This document shows, in pieces, positions 26,849 through 37,699 of a stretch of 64,000 nt of DNA. A program made the position numbers and the translations under genes. Source of the DNA: Escherichia coli (GTDB lineage: Bacteria; Pseudomonadota; Gammaproteobacteria; Enterobacterales; Enterobacteriaceae); the NCBI RefSeq assembly GCF_003019035.1, contig NZ_CP027447.1; one strand, 5' to 3'. Every line of letters begins with the position of its first letter. Within the stretch, counting starts at the first letter, position 1. The notes beneath the pieces were generated by a model. It had not been told where the DNA came from and ran no database searches. It saw only the letters and a program-made list of their open reading frames with translations.

Positions 26849-27559
26849 TCACTTATTTTTCATGGCAATATATTTTAATCTTAATTCTTTAATTAAGGTC
26901 TTTACTTTACTATCAGTGGAATACTCAATATTAAACGTGCCAGAGACTCCTCTTATTTTGGGAATAGTTGTTCCAATAACTCCTTTTAATTTATTATTTT
27001 TAATTTGCTCAAAAAAAATGTGTTCTAAATAAACACCATCAAGGTCACGCACAGATTTATAAGAATTAGCAAAAAAGTCCCAATATATTTTTTTATTTAC
27101 AACATAAAACCTTGTATCAATCATATTTTCATTCAGAAAAGGAACTGGTATAAAAAAAGCTTTACCATTGAATGCTTTTATACATTGCTTATAATTATCG
27201 ACGTATAGTTTTGATGTTATTTTTGCGAAACTTTCAGCATTAGACAAATAGCGACTATTCATTAATGCATACTCAATTATTTCACCCTCTCCGTAACCTT
27301 TACCATAAGATTTAACACTTTCTGTATCATTTTTGAAATGTATTATCTCGATCGAATCTTTATTAAGTATTTGTTTATCATTATGAATATCTTTCGTCAA
27401 ATCATAATCACTACCATCACATATTACTATAGAATCAGCATTCTTAGACAATTCTCTTATCGCTTTCAATGTATGTAATAATCTTGAATTTTCATCAGAA
27501 AGATTTGTAAGAGGAGCATTAGGTGAGATACAAGAAGTCACTAATACTGGGATTTTCAT
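26849..27559 (-). CDS. hypothetical protein in O-antigen cluster (possible unclassified glycosyltransferase)
   Basis: 236 aa from the ATG at 27559 (MKIPVLVTSCISP...), start overlapping the wzx stop as ATGA; the longer 282-aa reading would overlap wzx by about 140 nt; no family recognisable by eye. Confidence 0.45.
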   Translation of the reverse strand: MKIPVLVTSCISPNAPLTNLSDENSRLLHTLKAIRELSKNADSIVICDGSDYDLTKDIHNDKQILNKDSIEIIHFKNDTESVKSYGKGYGEGEIIEYALMNSRYLSNAESFAKITSKLYVDNYKQCIKAFNGKAFFIPVPFLNENMIDTRFYVVNKKIYWDFFANSYKSVRDLDGVYLEHIFFEQIKNNKLKGVIGTTIPKIRGVSGTFNIEYSTDSKVKTLIKELRLKYIAMKNK

Positions 27560-28800
27560 TTTTTCTTTTCCAGCCTCAACGAAATTAACATTAGTATAAA
27601 ATAATCGGCGGTGACTCTTGCGCTCCAGGCATAAGCCACACCTGCTACAGAAAAATACATAATTGAAAAATATAAAACTAGCAGATATGGAATACATTCA
27701 ACAAGATGAATGAGACCCGTAATTTTTGCATAACCTTTCGATTGGATTTGAGCAAATGGAACTTGAGCAAGAGAGTTGAATACAAAACCTACTAATAATA
27801 TTTGAAATATATAAGGACTCTCAGCGCTATATTGTTTTCCAAGCCATAAAGTTATAATATCACTAGCCTTCAAAGAAAACATAATAGATATAACTATACT
27901 AGTTACACTTATTAATAACGTAGCCTCTTTTATTATTTTTTTTCGCTCATTTTTTGTATTATTCTTGCATAGAGCAGGAAAAATTGTCCTTGCTATAGTT
28001 GTCGGTAATATAAGTAACTTTGAAATTGCATCCGCAGGAGCAATATATAACGAAGCTTTAGCAGGGCCAACTGCATTTGATAAGATAAATCGGTCAATAT
28101 TTGTAAGCAATGGGTTAATTATACTACTAATACTCGCCCATCCTCCAAAACTTAATAGTGCTTTTGTTTTACTTAGACTAAAATCCATTGTAAGCCTATT
28201 ATTTCTAAAAACAAAGAACACGCTTAAAAGAGCACCAGTTATTCTCGCAATCACCAATCCCAAAGTAGCATTAAGCAAACCAACATTTCCATGAATGAAA
28301 ATAACTGGTAGTAGCGCAGTTAACACACCTGTAATTGTTTTTTGTACATTTAATAATTTGAATTTTTCATATCCTTCTAATATCCCCCAACAAACCATAT
28401 TAAGAAGATAAAATGGCAGACAGTAGGATAAAACACTTATAGCATATGCAACACTTTCAGTTTGTTCCGGACCACTAATTAAGGATGCAATCTTATGGTT
28501 GCAGTAATAAAAAATTACGGATACAACAACACCAATAGATAATGTTAATAAAAATGATGTTGTAATTATTTGACTGATTGCCTTTTTGTCGTTTTTATTT
28601 AATGATATTTCACGTACAACGGCTCGCGAAAGTCCGAGATCAAATATACTTGCGTATCCAACTATTGTAAAAAACATTAAAAAAAAGCCAAAGTTAGTTA
28701 TTCCTAACTCCCTTGCCAAATACCCCATCGCAGGTATTGACAATAAAGTTGGGATTGCATACCCAGCCAAATTTATTAAACTATTTATTTTAATACTCAT
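27556..28800 (-). CDS. wzx: O-antigen flippase
   Basis: 414 aa, multi-pass membrane protein of polysaccharide-transporter type immediately downstream of rfbC. Confidence 0.7.
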   Translation of the reverse strand: MSIKINSLINLAGYAIPTLLSIPAMGYLARELGITNFGFFLMFFTIVGYASIFDLGLSRAVVREISLNKNDKKAISQIITTSFLLTLSIGVVVSVIFYYCNHKIASLISGPEQTESVAYAISVLSYCLPFYLLNMVCWGILEGYEKFKLLNVQKTITGVLTALLPVIFIHGNVGLLNATLGLVIARITGALLSVFFVFRNNRLTMDFSLSKTKALLSFGGWASISSIINPLLTNIDRFILSNAVGPAKASLYIAPADAISKLLILPTTIARTIFPALCKNNTKNERKKIIKEATLLISVTSIVISIMFSLKASDIITLWLGKQYSAESPYIFQILLVGFVFNSLAQVPFAQIQSKGYAKITGLIHLVECIPYLLVLYFSIMYFSVAGVAYAWSARVTADYFILMLISLRLEKKK

Positions 28801-28816
28801 TTTTAATTATCTTTTG

Positions 28817-29359
28817 TCAATAATTATTTTGTATAAATGGAGTACCCAAACAATCTTTTTGTGATATAAGAGGTTCTTTGTATAATTGCCAATCTATGTT
28901 AAGTAAAGCATCATTCCAAATAATACATTTCTCATGTTCTTTTGAGTAAAAATTATTGGTCTTATACAATATTTCTGAACCTTCTTCTTTTACATAAAAA
29001 CCATGCGCAAACCCTTCCGGGATCCACAACTGGCGCTTATTCTCAGCAGACAAATTCACTCCAACCCATTTCCCAAATGTAGGTGACGATTTACGAATAT
29101 CAACCGCAACATCAAAAACTTCACCAACAACACAGCGCACCAGTTTTCCTTGAGCATAAGGTTCTAACTGATAATGCAACCCTCGTAAAACACCTTTTCT
29201 GGACTTAGAATGATTGTCCTGAACAAACTCAACCTTACGCCCTACAACCTCTTCGAAAACTTTCTGATTAAAGCTTTCCATAAAGAAGCCACGTTCATCC
29301 CCAAAAACTTTTGGTTCAAAAATCAGCACATCAGGAATTTCAGTTTTAATTACGTTCAT
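28817..29359 (-). CDS. rfbC: dTDP-4-dehydrorhamnose 3,5-epimerase
   Basis: 180 aa, cupin-fold RmlC-like sequence (FGDERGFFMESF..., GLHYQ). Confidence 0.85.
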   Translation of the reverse strand: MNVIKTEIPDVLIFEPKVFGDERGFFMESFNQKVFEEVVGRKVEFVQDNHSKSRKGVLRGLHYQLEPYAQGKLVRCVVGEVFDVAVDIRKSSPTFGKWVGVNLSAENKRQLWIPEGFAHGFYVKEEGSEILYKTNNFYSKEHEKCIIWNDALLNIDWQLYKEPLISQKDCLGTPFIQNNY

Positions 29360-29363
29360 CTTA

Positions 29364-30242
29364 TTAATAACCTTTAATCATTTTGAGCAGATACTGACCA
29401 TAAGCATTTTTCTTCAACGGTTCGGCTAATACTTTTACCTGCTCAGCATCAATAAACCCTTTACGATAAGCAATTTCTTCCGGACAGGAAACCTTTAGTC
29501 CCTGGCGCTCTTCAATGGTGGCAATGAAGTTGCTTGCTTCAATAAGACTTTGATGCGTCCCTGTATCCAGCCATGCATAGCCACGCCCCATCATAGCGAC
29601 AGACAAACGTCCTTGTTCCATATAAATACGGTTAATATCGGTAATTTCCAGTTCACCTCGGGCAGAAGGCTTAAGGTTTTTCGCCATTTCCACAACGTCA
29701 TTGTCATAGAAATAAAGCCCAGTAACCGCATAGTTACTTTTTGGTTCCAGCGGTTTTTCTTCCAGGCTAATTGCAGTACCGTTATTATCAAACTCCACGA
29801 CACCATAGCGTTCAGGATCATTAACGTGATAAGCAAATACCGTTGCACCGATTTCTTTGTTAACAGCAGCTTCCATTAATTTTGGCAAGTCGTGTCCATA
29901 GAAGATATTATCACCAAGCACAAGTGCACAATCATCACCTCCAATAAAGTCTTCACCAATGATAAACGCTTGCGCCAGGCCATCCGGACTCGGTTGTACT
30001 TTATACTGTAGATTAAGCCCCCATTGGCTCCCGTCCCCCAACAAATGTTGGAAACGCGGTGTATCCTGTGGAGTACTGATAATAAGAATATCGCGAATAC
30101 CCGCTAACATAAGCGTTGAAAGCGGATAATAAATCATAGGTTTATCATAAATCGGCAACAGTTGTTTACTCACGGCCATAGTCACAGGATAAAGACGAGT
30201 GCCGGAACCACCAGCTAAAATAATACCTTTACGCGTTTTCAT
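29364..30242 (-). CDS. rfbA: glucose-1-phosphate thymidylyltransferase
   Basis: 292 aa, [21 protein letters not shown]... Confidence 0.9.
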   Translation of the reverse strand: MKTRKGIILAGGSGTRLYPVTMAVSKQLLPIYDKPMIYYPLSTLMLAGIRDILIISTPQDTPRFQHLLGDGSQWGLNLQYKVQPSPDGLAQAFIIGEDFIGGDDCALVLGDNIFYGHDLPKLMEAAVNKEIGATVFAYHVNDPERYGVVEFDNNGTAISLEEKPLEPKSNYAVTGLYFYDNDVVEMAKNLKPSARGELEITDINRIYMEQGRLSVAMMGRGYAWLDTGTHQSLIEASNFIATIEERQGLKVSCPEEIAYRKGFIDAEQVKVLAEPLKKNAYGQYLLKMIKGY

Positions 30243-30300
30243 TTCACCATTCCTTTTAATTCATCCCGCTCTGGCATCATAAGCGAGATGCAAAAATTTG

Positions 30301-31200
30301 TTAAATTGCCGTAGTCGTAAATAATTCGTTGAGCATTCGTTTCACACCCACCTGCCAGTCAGGCAAGACAAGCGCAAAGTTCTGCTGAAACTTTTCTGTA
30401 TTGAGGCGAGAGTTATGGGGTCGACGGGCTGGTGTGGGATAGGCCGTTGTTGGCACGGCGTTAAGTTTGTTAAGAGCAAGGTTAATCCCTGCTTTGCGCG
30501 CTTCTTCAAATACCAGAGCGGCATAATCGTGCCAGGTTGTTGTACCGCCAGCAACCAGATGGTACAAACCAGCAACTTCTGGTTTGTCTACTGCTACGCG
30601 AATGGCATGAGCGGTGCAATCAGCCAGCAATTCGGCACCTGTTGGTGCGCCAAACTGATCGTTTATCACAGCCAGTTCTTCGCGCTCTTTTGCCAGACGC
30701 AACATTGTTTTGGCGAAGTTATTTCCTTTACCTGCATATACCCAGCTGGTACGGAAAATAATATGCTTCGCGCAATGTTTCTGTAACGCTTTTTCTCCGG
30801 CTAGTTTAGTTTCACCATAAACATTCAAAGGTGCTGTAGCATCCGTCTCCTGCCACGGTATTTCACCGGTTCCCGGAAATACGTAGTCAGTAGAGTAGTG
30901 AATAACCCAAGCGCCGACTTCATTAGCTGCTTTTGCAATCGCTTCGACACTTGTCGCGTTAAGTAATTGTGCAAATTCCGGTTCTGATTCCGCTTTGTCT
31001 ACTGCAGTGTGAGCAGCCGCATTAACAATAACATCAGGGCGAATTTTTTTGACAGTTTCAGCTACACCTTCGGGATTACTAAAATCACCACAATAATCAG
31101 TGGAGTGAACATCAAGAGCAATCAGATTACCCAGCGGTGCCAGAGCACGCTGCAGTTCCCAACCTACCTGCCCTGTTTTGCCGAATAGGAGGATATTCAT
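30301..31200 (-). CDS. rfbD: dTDP-4-dehydrorhamnose reductase
   Basis: 299 aa, [20 protein letters not shown]... Confidence 0.9.
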   Translation of the reverse strand: MNILLFGKTGQVGWELQRALAPLGNLIALDVHSTDYCGDFSNPEGVAETVKKIRPDVIVNAAAHTAVDKAESEPEFAQLLNATSVEAIAKAANEVGAWVIHYSTDYVFPGTGEIPWQETDATAPLNVYGETKLAGEKALQKHCAKHIIFRTSWVYAGKGNNFAKTMLRLAKEREELAVINDQFGAPTGAELLADCTAHAIRVAVDKPEVAGLYHLVAGGTTTWHDYAALVFEEARKAGINLALNKLNAVPTTAYPTPARRPHNSRLNTEKFQQNFALVLPDWQVGVKRMLNELFTTTAI

Positions 31201-32285
31201 TACTGGCGGCCCTCATAGTTCTGTTCAATCCACGACTGATAAGCACCGCTTTTCACATTCTCAACCCAATTTGTATTAGCCAGATACCATTCCACCGTTT
31301 TACGAATACCGCTCTCAAACGTTTCTTGCGGTTTCCAGCCCAATTCGCGGCTAATTTTATCGGCATCAATTGCATAACGGCGATCATGCCCTGGGCGATC
31401 AGCAACATAGGTAATTTGCTCACGATAAGATTTCTCTTTCGGGACTATCTCATCCAACAAATCACAAATAGTGAACACTACGTCGATGTTTTTCTTTTCG
31501 TTGTGTCCACCAATGTTATAAGTTTCGCCTGCTTTACCTTCGGTTACGACGGTATATAACGCTCGAGCATGATCCTCTACATACAACCAGTCGCGGATCT
31601 GATCTCCTTTGCCATAAATAGGTAATGCCTTACCTTCCAGTGCATTAAGAATAACCAGTGGAATAAGCTTTTCCGGGAAATGATAAGGACCATAGTTGTT
31701 CGAGCAATTAGTCACAATGGTCGGTAAACCATAAGTACGTTTCCATGCGCGAACCAAATGATCGCTGGAAGCTTTAGAAGCAGAATATGGACTACTTGGC
31801 GCGTATGCTGTCGTTTCCGTAAATAGCGGCAACGTTTCATTGCTATTTACTTCATCCGGATGGGGTAAGTCACCATACACCTCATCAGTAGAAATATGAT
31901 GAAAACGGAAGTTTTTTTTCTTTTCATCATCCAGACCAGACCAATAATTGCGCGCCGCTTCTAAAAGAACATAAGTACCCACAATATTGGTTTCAATAAA
32001 TGCCGCAGGGCCAGTTATTGAGCGGTCAACGTGGCTCTCTGCTGCCAGGTGCATCACCGCGTCTGGCTGGTGCTGTGCGAAAATACGAGCCATCGCTTCG
32101 GCATCGCAGATATCTGCATGCTCAAATGAATAACGTTCAGAATCAGAAATTTCAGCGAGTGATTCCAGGTTTCCGGCGTATGTTAATTTATCGACATTAA
32201 CAACACTATCTTGCGTATTATTTATTATGTGACGAACAACAGCAGAACCAATAAATCCTGCGCCACCAGTAACAAGTATCTTCAC
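31200..32285 (-). CDS. rfbB: dTDP-glucose 4,6-dehydratase
   Basis: 361 aa from a GTG start ([21 protein letters not shown]); the ORF-track 384-aa reading is an upstream over-extension. Confidence 0.9.
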   Translation of the reverse strand: MKILVTGGAGFIGSAVVRHIINNTQDSVVNVDKLTYAGNLESLAEISDSERYSFEHADICDAEAMARIFAQHQPDAVMHLAAESHVDRSITGPAAFIETNIVGTYVLLEAARNYWSGLDDEKKKNFRFHHISTDEVYGDLPHPDEVNSNETLPLFTETTAYAPSSPYSASKASSDHLVRAWKRTYGLPTIVTNCSNNYGPYHFPEKLIPLVILNALEGKALPIYGKGDQIRDWLYVEDHARALYTVVTEGKAGETYNIGGHNEKKNIDVVFTICDLLDEIVPKEKSYREQITYVADRPGHDRRYAIDADKISRELGWKPQETFESGIRKTVEWYLANTNWVENVKSGAYQSWIEQNYEGRQ

Positions 32286-32359
32286 TTTTTTATTCCATAT
32301 AGCCAGAGAGCATGCTGTGAAATAGACTGCTCCAGATTTGATTAATAGATGCATTAATG

Positions 32360-32398
32360 CACGCTACCGCCCCTGGCTTAACAGCTACCAGAGCACTG
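32360..32398 (-). promoter_or_regulatory. JUMPstart element with ops site (GGCGGTAG) in the rfb 5' leader
   Basis: minus-strand sequence CAGTGCTCTGGTAGCTGTTAAGCCAGGGGCGGTAGCGTG; ops octamer at 32364-32371. Confidence 0.75.
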
Positions 32399-32657
32399 CG
32401 TACATTTCCACGATGTGACGAGCGTAACCCACTCGTGCCAAATCCGAAAAATTCAAACGCTAATTGTCTTACCAAACAGCTGTAGAAACAAGGAAAATCC
32501 TGGAAAAATTTGAACTATGATTGCAAGCTAACATGCTGTTTTTATTGTACTTATAAAAAAGACAACGGCAGTGAGATTCAATGAGCAAAACTTATGCTAT
32601 GAATCTTCACTGCCGTTTTTAATTACTTACTGACCGACACTTCCAGTCAGGAATTTG

Positions 32658-33551
32658 TTACTCGCTTAACAGCTTCTCAATCCCTTTACGGAACTTCGCC
32701 CCTTCTTTGAGGTTGCGTAGTCCATACTTCACAAATGCCTGCATATACCCCATTTTTTTACCGCAGTCGTAGCTGTCACCTGTCATCAGCATGGCATCAA
32801 CGGACTGTTTTTTCGCCAGTTCAGCGATGGCATCAGTCAGCTGAATACGCCCCCATGCACCAGGCTGAGTGCGTTCAAGTTCCGGCCAAATATCTGCAGA
32901 AAGCACATAGCGACCAACGGCCATGATGTCTGAGTCCAGCGTCTGCGGCTGATCCGGTTTTTCGATGAATTCAACAATGCGGCTGACTTTACCTTCGCGG
33001 TCCAGCGGCTCTTTGGTCTGGATGACAGAGTATTCAGAGAGGTCACCCGGCATACGTTTTGCCAGCACCTGGCTGCGGCCCGTTTCGTTGAAGCGCGCAA
33101 TCATGGCAGCAAGGTTGTAGCGCAGCGGGTCGGCGCTGGCGTCGTCGATCACAACGTCTGGCAGCACCACGACAAATGGATTGTCACCAATGGCAGGTCG
33201 TGCACATAAAATGGAGTGGCCCAAACCTAAAGGTTCGCCCTGACGCACGTTCATAATTGTCACGCCCGGCGGGCAAATGGACTGTACTTCCGCCAGCAGT
33301 TGACGCTTCACGCGCTGTTCAAGGAGAGATTCTAATTCATAAGAGGTGTCGAAGTGGTTTTCGACCGCGTTCTTGGAAGCGTGAGTTACCAGGAGGATTT
33401 CTTTGATCCCTGCAGCCACAATCTCGTCAACAATGTACTGAATCATTGGCTTGTCGACGATCGGTAGCATCTCTTTGGGAATCGCCTTAGTGGCAGGCAA
33501 CATATGCATCCCTAGACCCGCTACAGGAATAACTGCTTTTAAATTCGTCAT
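32658..33551 (-). CDS. galF: UTP-glucose-1-phosphate uridylyltransferase homologue GalF
   Basis: 297 aa from the ATG at 33551 ([39 protein letters not shown]). Confidence 0.85.
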   Translation of the reverse strand: MTNLKAVIPVAGLGMHMLPATKAIPKEMLPIVDKPMIQYIVDEIVAAGIKEILLVTHASKNAVENHFDTSYELESLLEQRVKRQLLAEVQSICPPGVTIMNVRQGEPLGLGHSILCARPAIGDNPFVVVLPDVVIDDASADPLRYNLAAMIARFNETGRSQVLAKRMPGDLSEYSVIQTKEPLDREGKVSRIVEFIEKPDQPQTLDSDIMAVGRYVLSADIWPELERTQPGAWGRIQLTDAIAELAKKQSVDAMLMTGDSYDCGKKMGYMQAFVKYGLRNLKEGAKFRKGIEKLLSE

Positions 33552-33725
33552 TATTTCATCCACCTGTAAAATGGTTGCTGAATTATAGCTTGTTCGATTT
33601 TTTTCGCCAGCATCAATTACCCTGAATTGATTACTGAATTACTTGTGATGTTACGCCGCTTCGTTGTGGATTGCAGTAGCATTGTTCCTAAGTATGACTC
33701 CATTTTTCCAGGAATGGTCGCAAAT

Positions 33726-35120
33726 CTACTCTCTCCGTTCCGGCAATCTAAAGTTAATCTTTTCCACATTAACAATATGGTGATTAATCCTGTCGATATC
33801 GACGGAGCTTTGTCCTTTTTCATTCACCGCATGAACATTTGCAAGAGACAGCAGTGTTTCTTTTTTCGCCATAAACACGCCGCGAACGTCTTTGCGCATG
33901 TCAAAGTTCATGCTCAATGCTGGTCCAACTGAGGATTCCTGCATCACCTTGATATTACGCATAAAAAGATGTTGCGGCTTGTTGTGTAACTCCAATGACG
34001 CACGCTTCATCTCAATGTTAGTCAGCGCCACAAAGGAGACAGCATTCCCGGCGGAGATTTGGATGCCGCGCAATTTATAAGCAAGGTGAGTGTTATCCAG
34101 TTGAATATTATTCACTCGGAAATTTTGCGGTATCGAGAGATATTTGCCTTTAATTACCCCATAGCCGATTAACATCCCGGCACTATTAATCATTTCAATA
34201 TTATCAATTACAAAGTTGTCACAACCATAAATAGCAACTGTGGCGTTATCAATACCTGCTTTCTTACTGAAATCTGGCGTGATATTACGAGCTTTGATAT
34301 TACGGATAACAAAATGTTTACCATTTTCAACATGGATCAGTTGCCGACAATCCGATCCCGTGATATTCGCCACAACAAAGTTTTTCACTGCCTGGTCTTC
34401 CGGGTAGTTGTTATCATAAGTGCTTCCCGCAAGACCTATGCCAATGCCCCAGTTGATTTTGCCGTTAGTACAGTTGATGCGCTCGATGACATGGTCAGAT
34501 ATCAAAATATCACGGTCGTTAATCGCCACGTTCCATTCAATAGCGTCGCCCTGTAAGTCACTGAACTTACAGTTGGTGATGTTGGCACCGATAATCTGAT
34601 TATGAAATCCCTGGCGTAAGATGGCGTAGTTAGCGTGGCTAACGGTGAGGTTATCGATGGTCAGGTTGCGCATGACCCGTTTGTTTTTGCCGCCGATATA
34701 GATCTGCGTCACCGGGCCAAAGCCGCTCATCACCAGCCCTTTGATGGTGCAGTCAGAACCACGCACATCCAGGGTGATGTTATGTATACTGCCGCCCTCC
34801 CCCCCTGTCACCTGGCTGCCGTCCTGTAAGACAAATCGCCCTCTGCCGTTGCCGCGCAGGCTTCCAAGGATGTGTAACGTTTTACCTGCAGGAATGAAGA
34901 TGCCGGTGTTGATATTGTCGCAAACCAATCCGGCGGGCACGACGACCGTTTGCCCTTCGCTGAAGGCTTGTTTAAATGAGGCGATCCAGTCGTGAGGGTT
35001 GTAGTCGTTAATGTTAACGCTTTGCCGGGCAGGAAGTGCACGGGCGAAAGGGGTATGGAGGAAGGCAAGCGCCGAGCTTGCCGTCAGGAAGGTGCGTCGG
35101 GAGAGTTTTTTAAATGGCAT
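33726..35120 (-). CDS. wcaM: colanic acid biosynthesis protein WcaM
   Basis: 464 aa with Tat-like signal ([15 protein letters not shown]); last gene of the colanic acid operon, next to galF. Confidence 0.85.
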   Translation of the reverse strand: MPFKKLSRRTFLTASSALAFLHTPFARALPARQSVNINDYNPHDWIASFKQAFSEGQTVVVPAGLVCDNINTGIFIPAGKTLHILGSLRGNGRGRFVLQDGSQVTGGEGGSIHNITLDVRGSDCTIKGLVMSGFGPVTQIYIGGKNKRVMRNLTIDNLTVSHANYAILRQGFHNQIIGANITNCKFSDLQGDAIEWNVAINDRDILISDHVIERINCTNGKINWGIGIGLAGSTYDNNYPEDQAVKNFVVANITGSDCRQLIHVENGKHFVIRNIKARNITPDFSKKAGIDNATVAIYGCDNFVIDNIEMINSAGMLIGYGVIKGKYLSIPQNFRVNNIQLDNTHLAYKLRGIQISAGNAVSFVALTNIEMKRASLELHNKPQHLFMRNIKVMQESSVGPALSMNFDMRKDVRGVFMAKKETLLSLANVHAVNEKGQSSVDIDRINHHIVNVEKINFRLPERRE

Positions 35121-35130
35121 GCGTTCTCCT

Positions 35131-36351
35131 CTATAAAGCCTGCAGCAAGCTGGCGAGTTCTCGATTAATCACCTGCTGGTTAAAATCGTGTTCGACTTTT
35201 TCGCGAGCACGTTTGACGACCGGAGCCAGTTCGTCGGTGTCCAGTTGGCTAAACGCCGCCAGTCGTTGCGCCAGTGCTCGAGCATCGTTCTCAGGCACCA
35301 GCCAGCCGGATTTGTCGGCCTCCACCAGTTCCGGTATTCCGCTATGCAGAGTAGAAACCACCGGAATGCCGACCGCCATTGCTTCCATCAGCGCCACCGG
35401 AATGCCTTCCATATCGCCGTCAGCACCCGTTACCGATGGCAACAGAAAGACATCCGCGTCGTCGAGCATCGCCTTCACTTCGTGGCTCGGTTTAAAGCCC
35501 GGCATCTCTACCACATCTTCCAGTTGATATTGTTCTATGAGGGTGCGCAGGCGTCGTTCCCACGGGCCAATGCCGAGGATGCGATAACGAAATGCCACGC
35601 CCTGCTCTTTCAACTGACGGCAGGCTTCGATCGCCACGTGCAGGCCTTTTTTCTCGGTTAAGCGTGCGACGGAAATGATTTCCAGCGGCGTTGCGGGCGC
35701 TTTCACCGGACGCGGGCTAAAACGCGTCATGTCCACGCCCATGCGCGATACGGCAATTTTTTCCCTCGGGCAGCCCATTTTTTGCAGCCTTCCGGCCCAC
35801 AGTTCGCTAATCGGTAACATCAAATCGCCACGACGAAACAGTTGTTGATATTCGGGAGTGTAATGGTTGAGCACTTCCCGACTGGAGATATCAATGCCGT
35901 GGAAGATAGTGGCAATTTTGCCGCGAATGACACCCAGTTCCCGTAGTTTTGCTGCGGTTACCCCCGCAGGGCCAAAATGTGCGATAAAGACATCGGCATA
36001 AAATGGTATTGCGACCTGACCACAAATGGCAGACAAAATCAGGTTCCGCGACTCTGCACCATAGCGTTTGAGGTTAAGCGCCTGCCAGGTATTTTTACGA
36101 TGAATACCGCGCAACGTCTGGCTGGCGCGGTGGCGCAGTTTCGCCACTTTGCCTTGTGGCTCGTCCTGTAACCAGCGGGTTCTGGCGGCAAGGTTATATT
36201 TTGTCCATGCCGCGTGGGTGTTTTGTGTGTCGCCTTTTTGCAGCGCGACAATCTCCACCTCAAAGCCCATATCAATAAACGCGGTAATTTGATTGAGGAC
36301 GAAGGTTTCCGACGACAGTGGAAATTTCAGTAAAAAGAAGCCGACCTTCAT
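35131..36351 (-). CDS. wcaL: colanic acid biosynthesis glycosyltransferase WcaL
   Basis: 406 aa, GT-B (GT4-like) sequence; conserved order. Confidence 0.85.
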   Translation of the reverse strand: MKVGFFLLKFPLSSETFVLNQITAFIDMGFEVEIVALQKGDTQNTHAAWTKYNLAARTRWLQDEPQGKVAKLRHRASQTLRGIHRKNTWQALNLKRYGAESRNLILSAICGQVAIPFYADVFIAHFGPAGVTAAKLRELGVIRGKIATIFHGIDISSREVLNHYTPEYQQLFRRGDLMLPISELWAGRLQKMGCPREKIAVSRMGVDMTRFSPRPVKAPATPLEIISVARLTEKKGLHVAIEACRQLKEQGVAFRYRILGIGPWERRLRTLIEQYQLEDVVEMPGFKPSHEVKAMLDDADVFLLPSVTGADGDMEGIPVALMEAMAVGIPVVSTLHSGIPELVEADKSGWLVPENDARALAQRLAAFSQLDTDELAPVVKRAREKVEHDFNQQVINRELASLLQAL

Positions 36352-37628
36352 TTCGCCTCCCCGATGCGTTCAAGCACAGATTTCACCATCTGCATTCCCG
36401 TCTGACGTTCGCGGCTGACGGCTTCGTTAAGTCGCGTGTTCAGTGCCGGAAGCTGGCCTAAGGTATCCGCAACCATCGCTTGCAGGCTGCCGTCTAATAA
36501 ATGACGGATATCAATTGCCATCTCTGGTAGCCCCAGTTGTTGCATGATCCCGGCGGATTTATGTTCATAGTTGATGGCAATTGCCGGAGTGGCAAAGTTC
36601 ATCGAGATAATAGCCGAGTGCAGGCGCGTACCGACGGTGAGTTCACAGGCACCGAGAATTTTGCCCATTTCCAGATCGTTGAGTTCATCCATCACTACGT
36701 GATAACGGGCAGGATCGCTGATGTGCTGACGCAGGTTGAGCGCCACCATGCGGTCGTCTTTGTTATAGCTGTCGATGCCCGTACAGGTGGAGAGCGCAAT
36801 CACCTGATACCCTTCATCGAGAATGCGATTGACCACCCCGGCAAAGGCTTTTTCATACGCTTGTTGAGTGGTGCCGAGACGTTTGTCGAACGGTGCCAGT
36901 TCGCGCAGGGTAATTGCCACCGTTTTCTGTTGTGCGGCAACGTCCAGCCAGTGTTGAACGGCATAGCTGGCGGTGAAATCTTCTGTGTGGTGATCGACCA
37001 GCCATGCGGTATCGACCCCATGTTCGACTTTTGCGGTAGTGATATTGCTGTGTTTCATTAGTTCCAGGCTGACCGATTCGCGCAGGATCAGCGCGTCGCA
37101 GTGACCGAATACGTAGTTCGCCAGTTGGTTAAATTGCTCATCCTGGAACGGGCCGACGCTGTGACCAATCATAAACAGCGGCTTTTTCGCCATAAACGTG
37201 CAAAGCGCGTGTTCAAACTGCGGCACGCCGTAGAGATCAACAAAAAACGAACCGCCGACCTGGATAATGGCATCGTAACCTGAAAGCAGGCGCACAAAGT
37301 CAGTAAATCCCTGGGCAATGGCGATATTACGCAGCTTGCCAGTGTCGGTGACGCGTGAGAGCAATACCTGGTGCTGGTAGCGGCGACGGAGGACTTTTTT
37401 TACGCGCCCGACAACGCCCGCCGCGCTGTTGTGTTGTTTCATTTGCAGGAACAGCGGATCGCCCATTACCGGACGGTTGAGCAGCCAGGAAGAACTGACC
37501 GGATAGCGGCTCATTACGTCCACTTCGGCGTGTGGATTGAGGATGTTGATGGCATCAAGTAAGCCGCGCAAGATGGCGCTGTCGCCGCGATTGCCGCAAG
37601 TGTGGTTGCCCAGAATCAGTAATTTCAT
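36348..37628 (-). CDS. wcaK: colanic acid biosynthesis pyruvyl transferase WcaK
   Basis: 426 aa; conserved order. Confidence 0.85.
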   Translation of the reverse strand: MKLLILGNHTCGNRGDSAILRGLLDAINILNPHAEVDVMSRYPVSSSWLLNRPVMGDPLFLQMKQHNSAAGVVGRVKKVLRRRYQHQVLLSRVTDTGKLRNIAIAQGFTDFVRLLSGYDAIIQVGGSFFVDLYGVPQFEHALCTFMAKKPLFMIGHSVGPFQDEQFNQLANYVFGHCDALILRESVSLELMKHSNITTAKVEHGVDTAWLVDHHTEDFTASYAVQHWLDVAAQQKTVAITLRELAPFDKRLGTTQQAYEKAFAGVVNRILDEGYQVIALSTCTGIDSYNKDDRMVALNLRQHISDPARYHVVMDELNDLEMGKILGACELTVGTRLHSAIISMNFATPAIAINYEHKSAGIMQQLGLPEMAIDIRHLLDGSLQAMVADTLGQLPALNTRLNEAVSRERQTGMQMVKSVLERIGEAK

Positions 37629-37699
37629 TTTTTCCTCATAAATTTGATGCCAGGTGAGGTTATGTTGTTGTTTTTATTGCCGGTGCCTAAAACAACAAC

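Noticed and set aside
26849-27697. 282-aa reading of the unassigned O-antigen cluster ORF
   Set aside because: Would overlap the 3' end of wzx by about 140 nt; the internal ATG at 27559 overlaps the wzx stop as ATGA, so the 236-aa form is preferred.
31200-32354. 384-aa reading of rfbB given by the ORF track
   Set aside because: The N-terminal 23 residues precede the conserved Rossmann motif and extend toward the JUMPstart; the GTG at 32285 giving [14 protein letters not shown] (361 aa) matches the conserved RmlB N-terminus.
33627-33932. 101-aa plus-strand ORF spanning the galF-wcaM intergenic region and the wcaM 3' end
   Set aside because: Overlaps the wcaM coding sequence antisense, has no RBS and a low-complexity translation; the intergenic part more plausibly holds the galF promoter.
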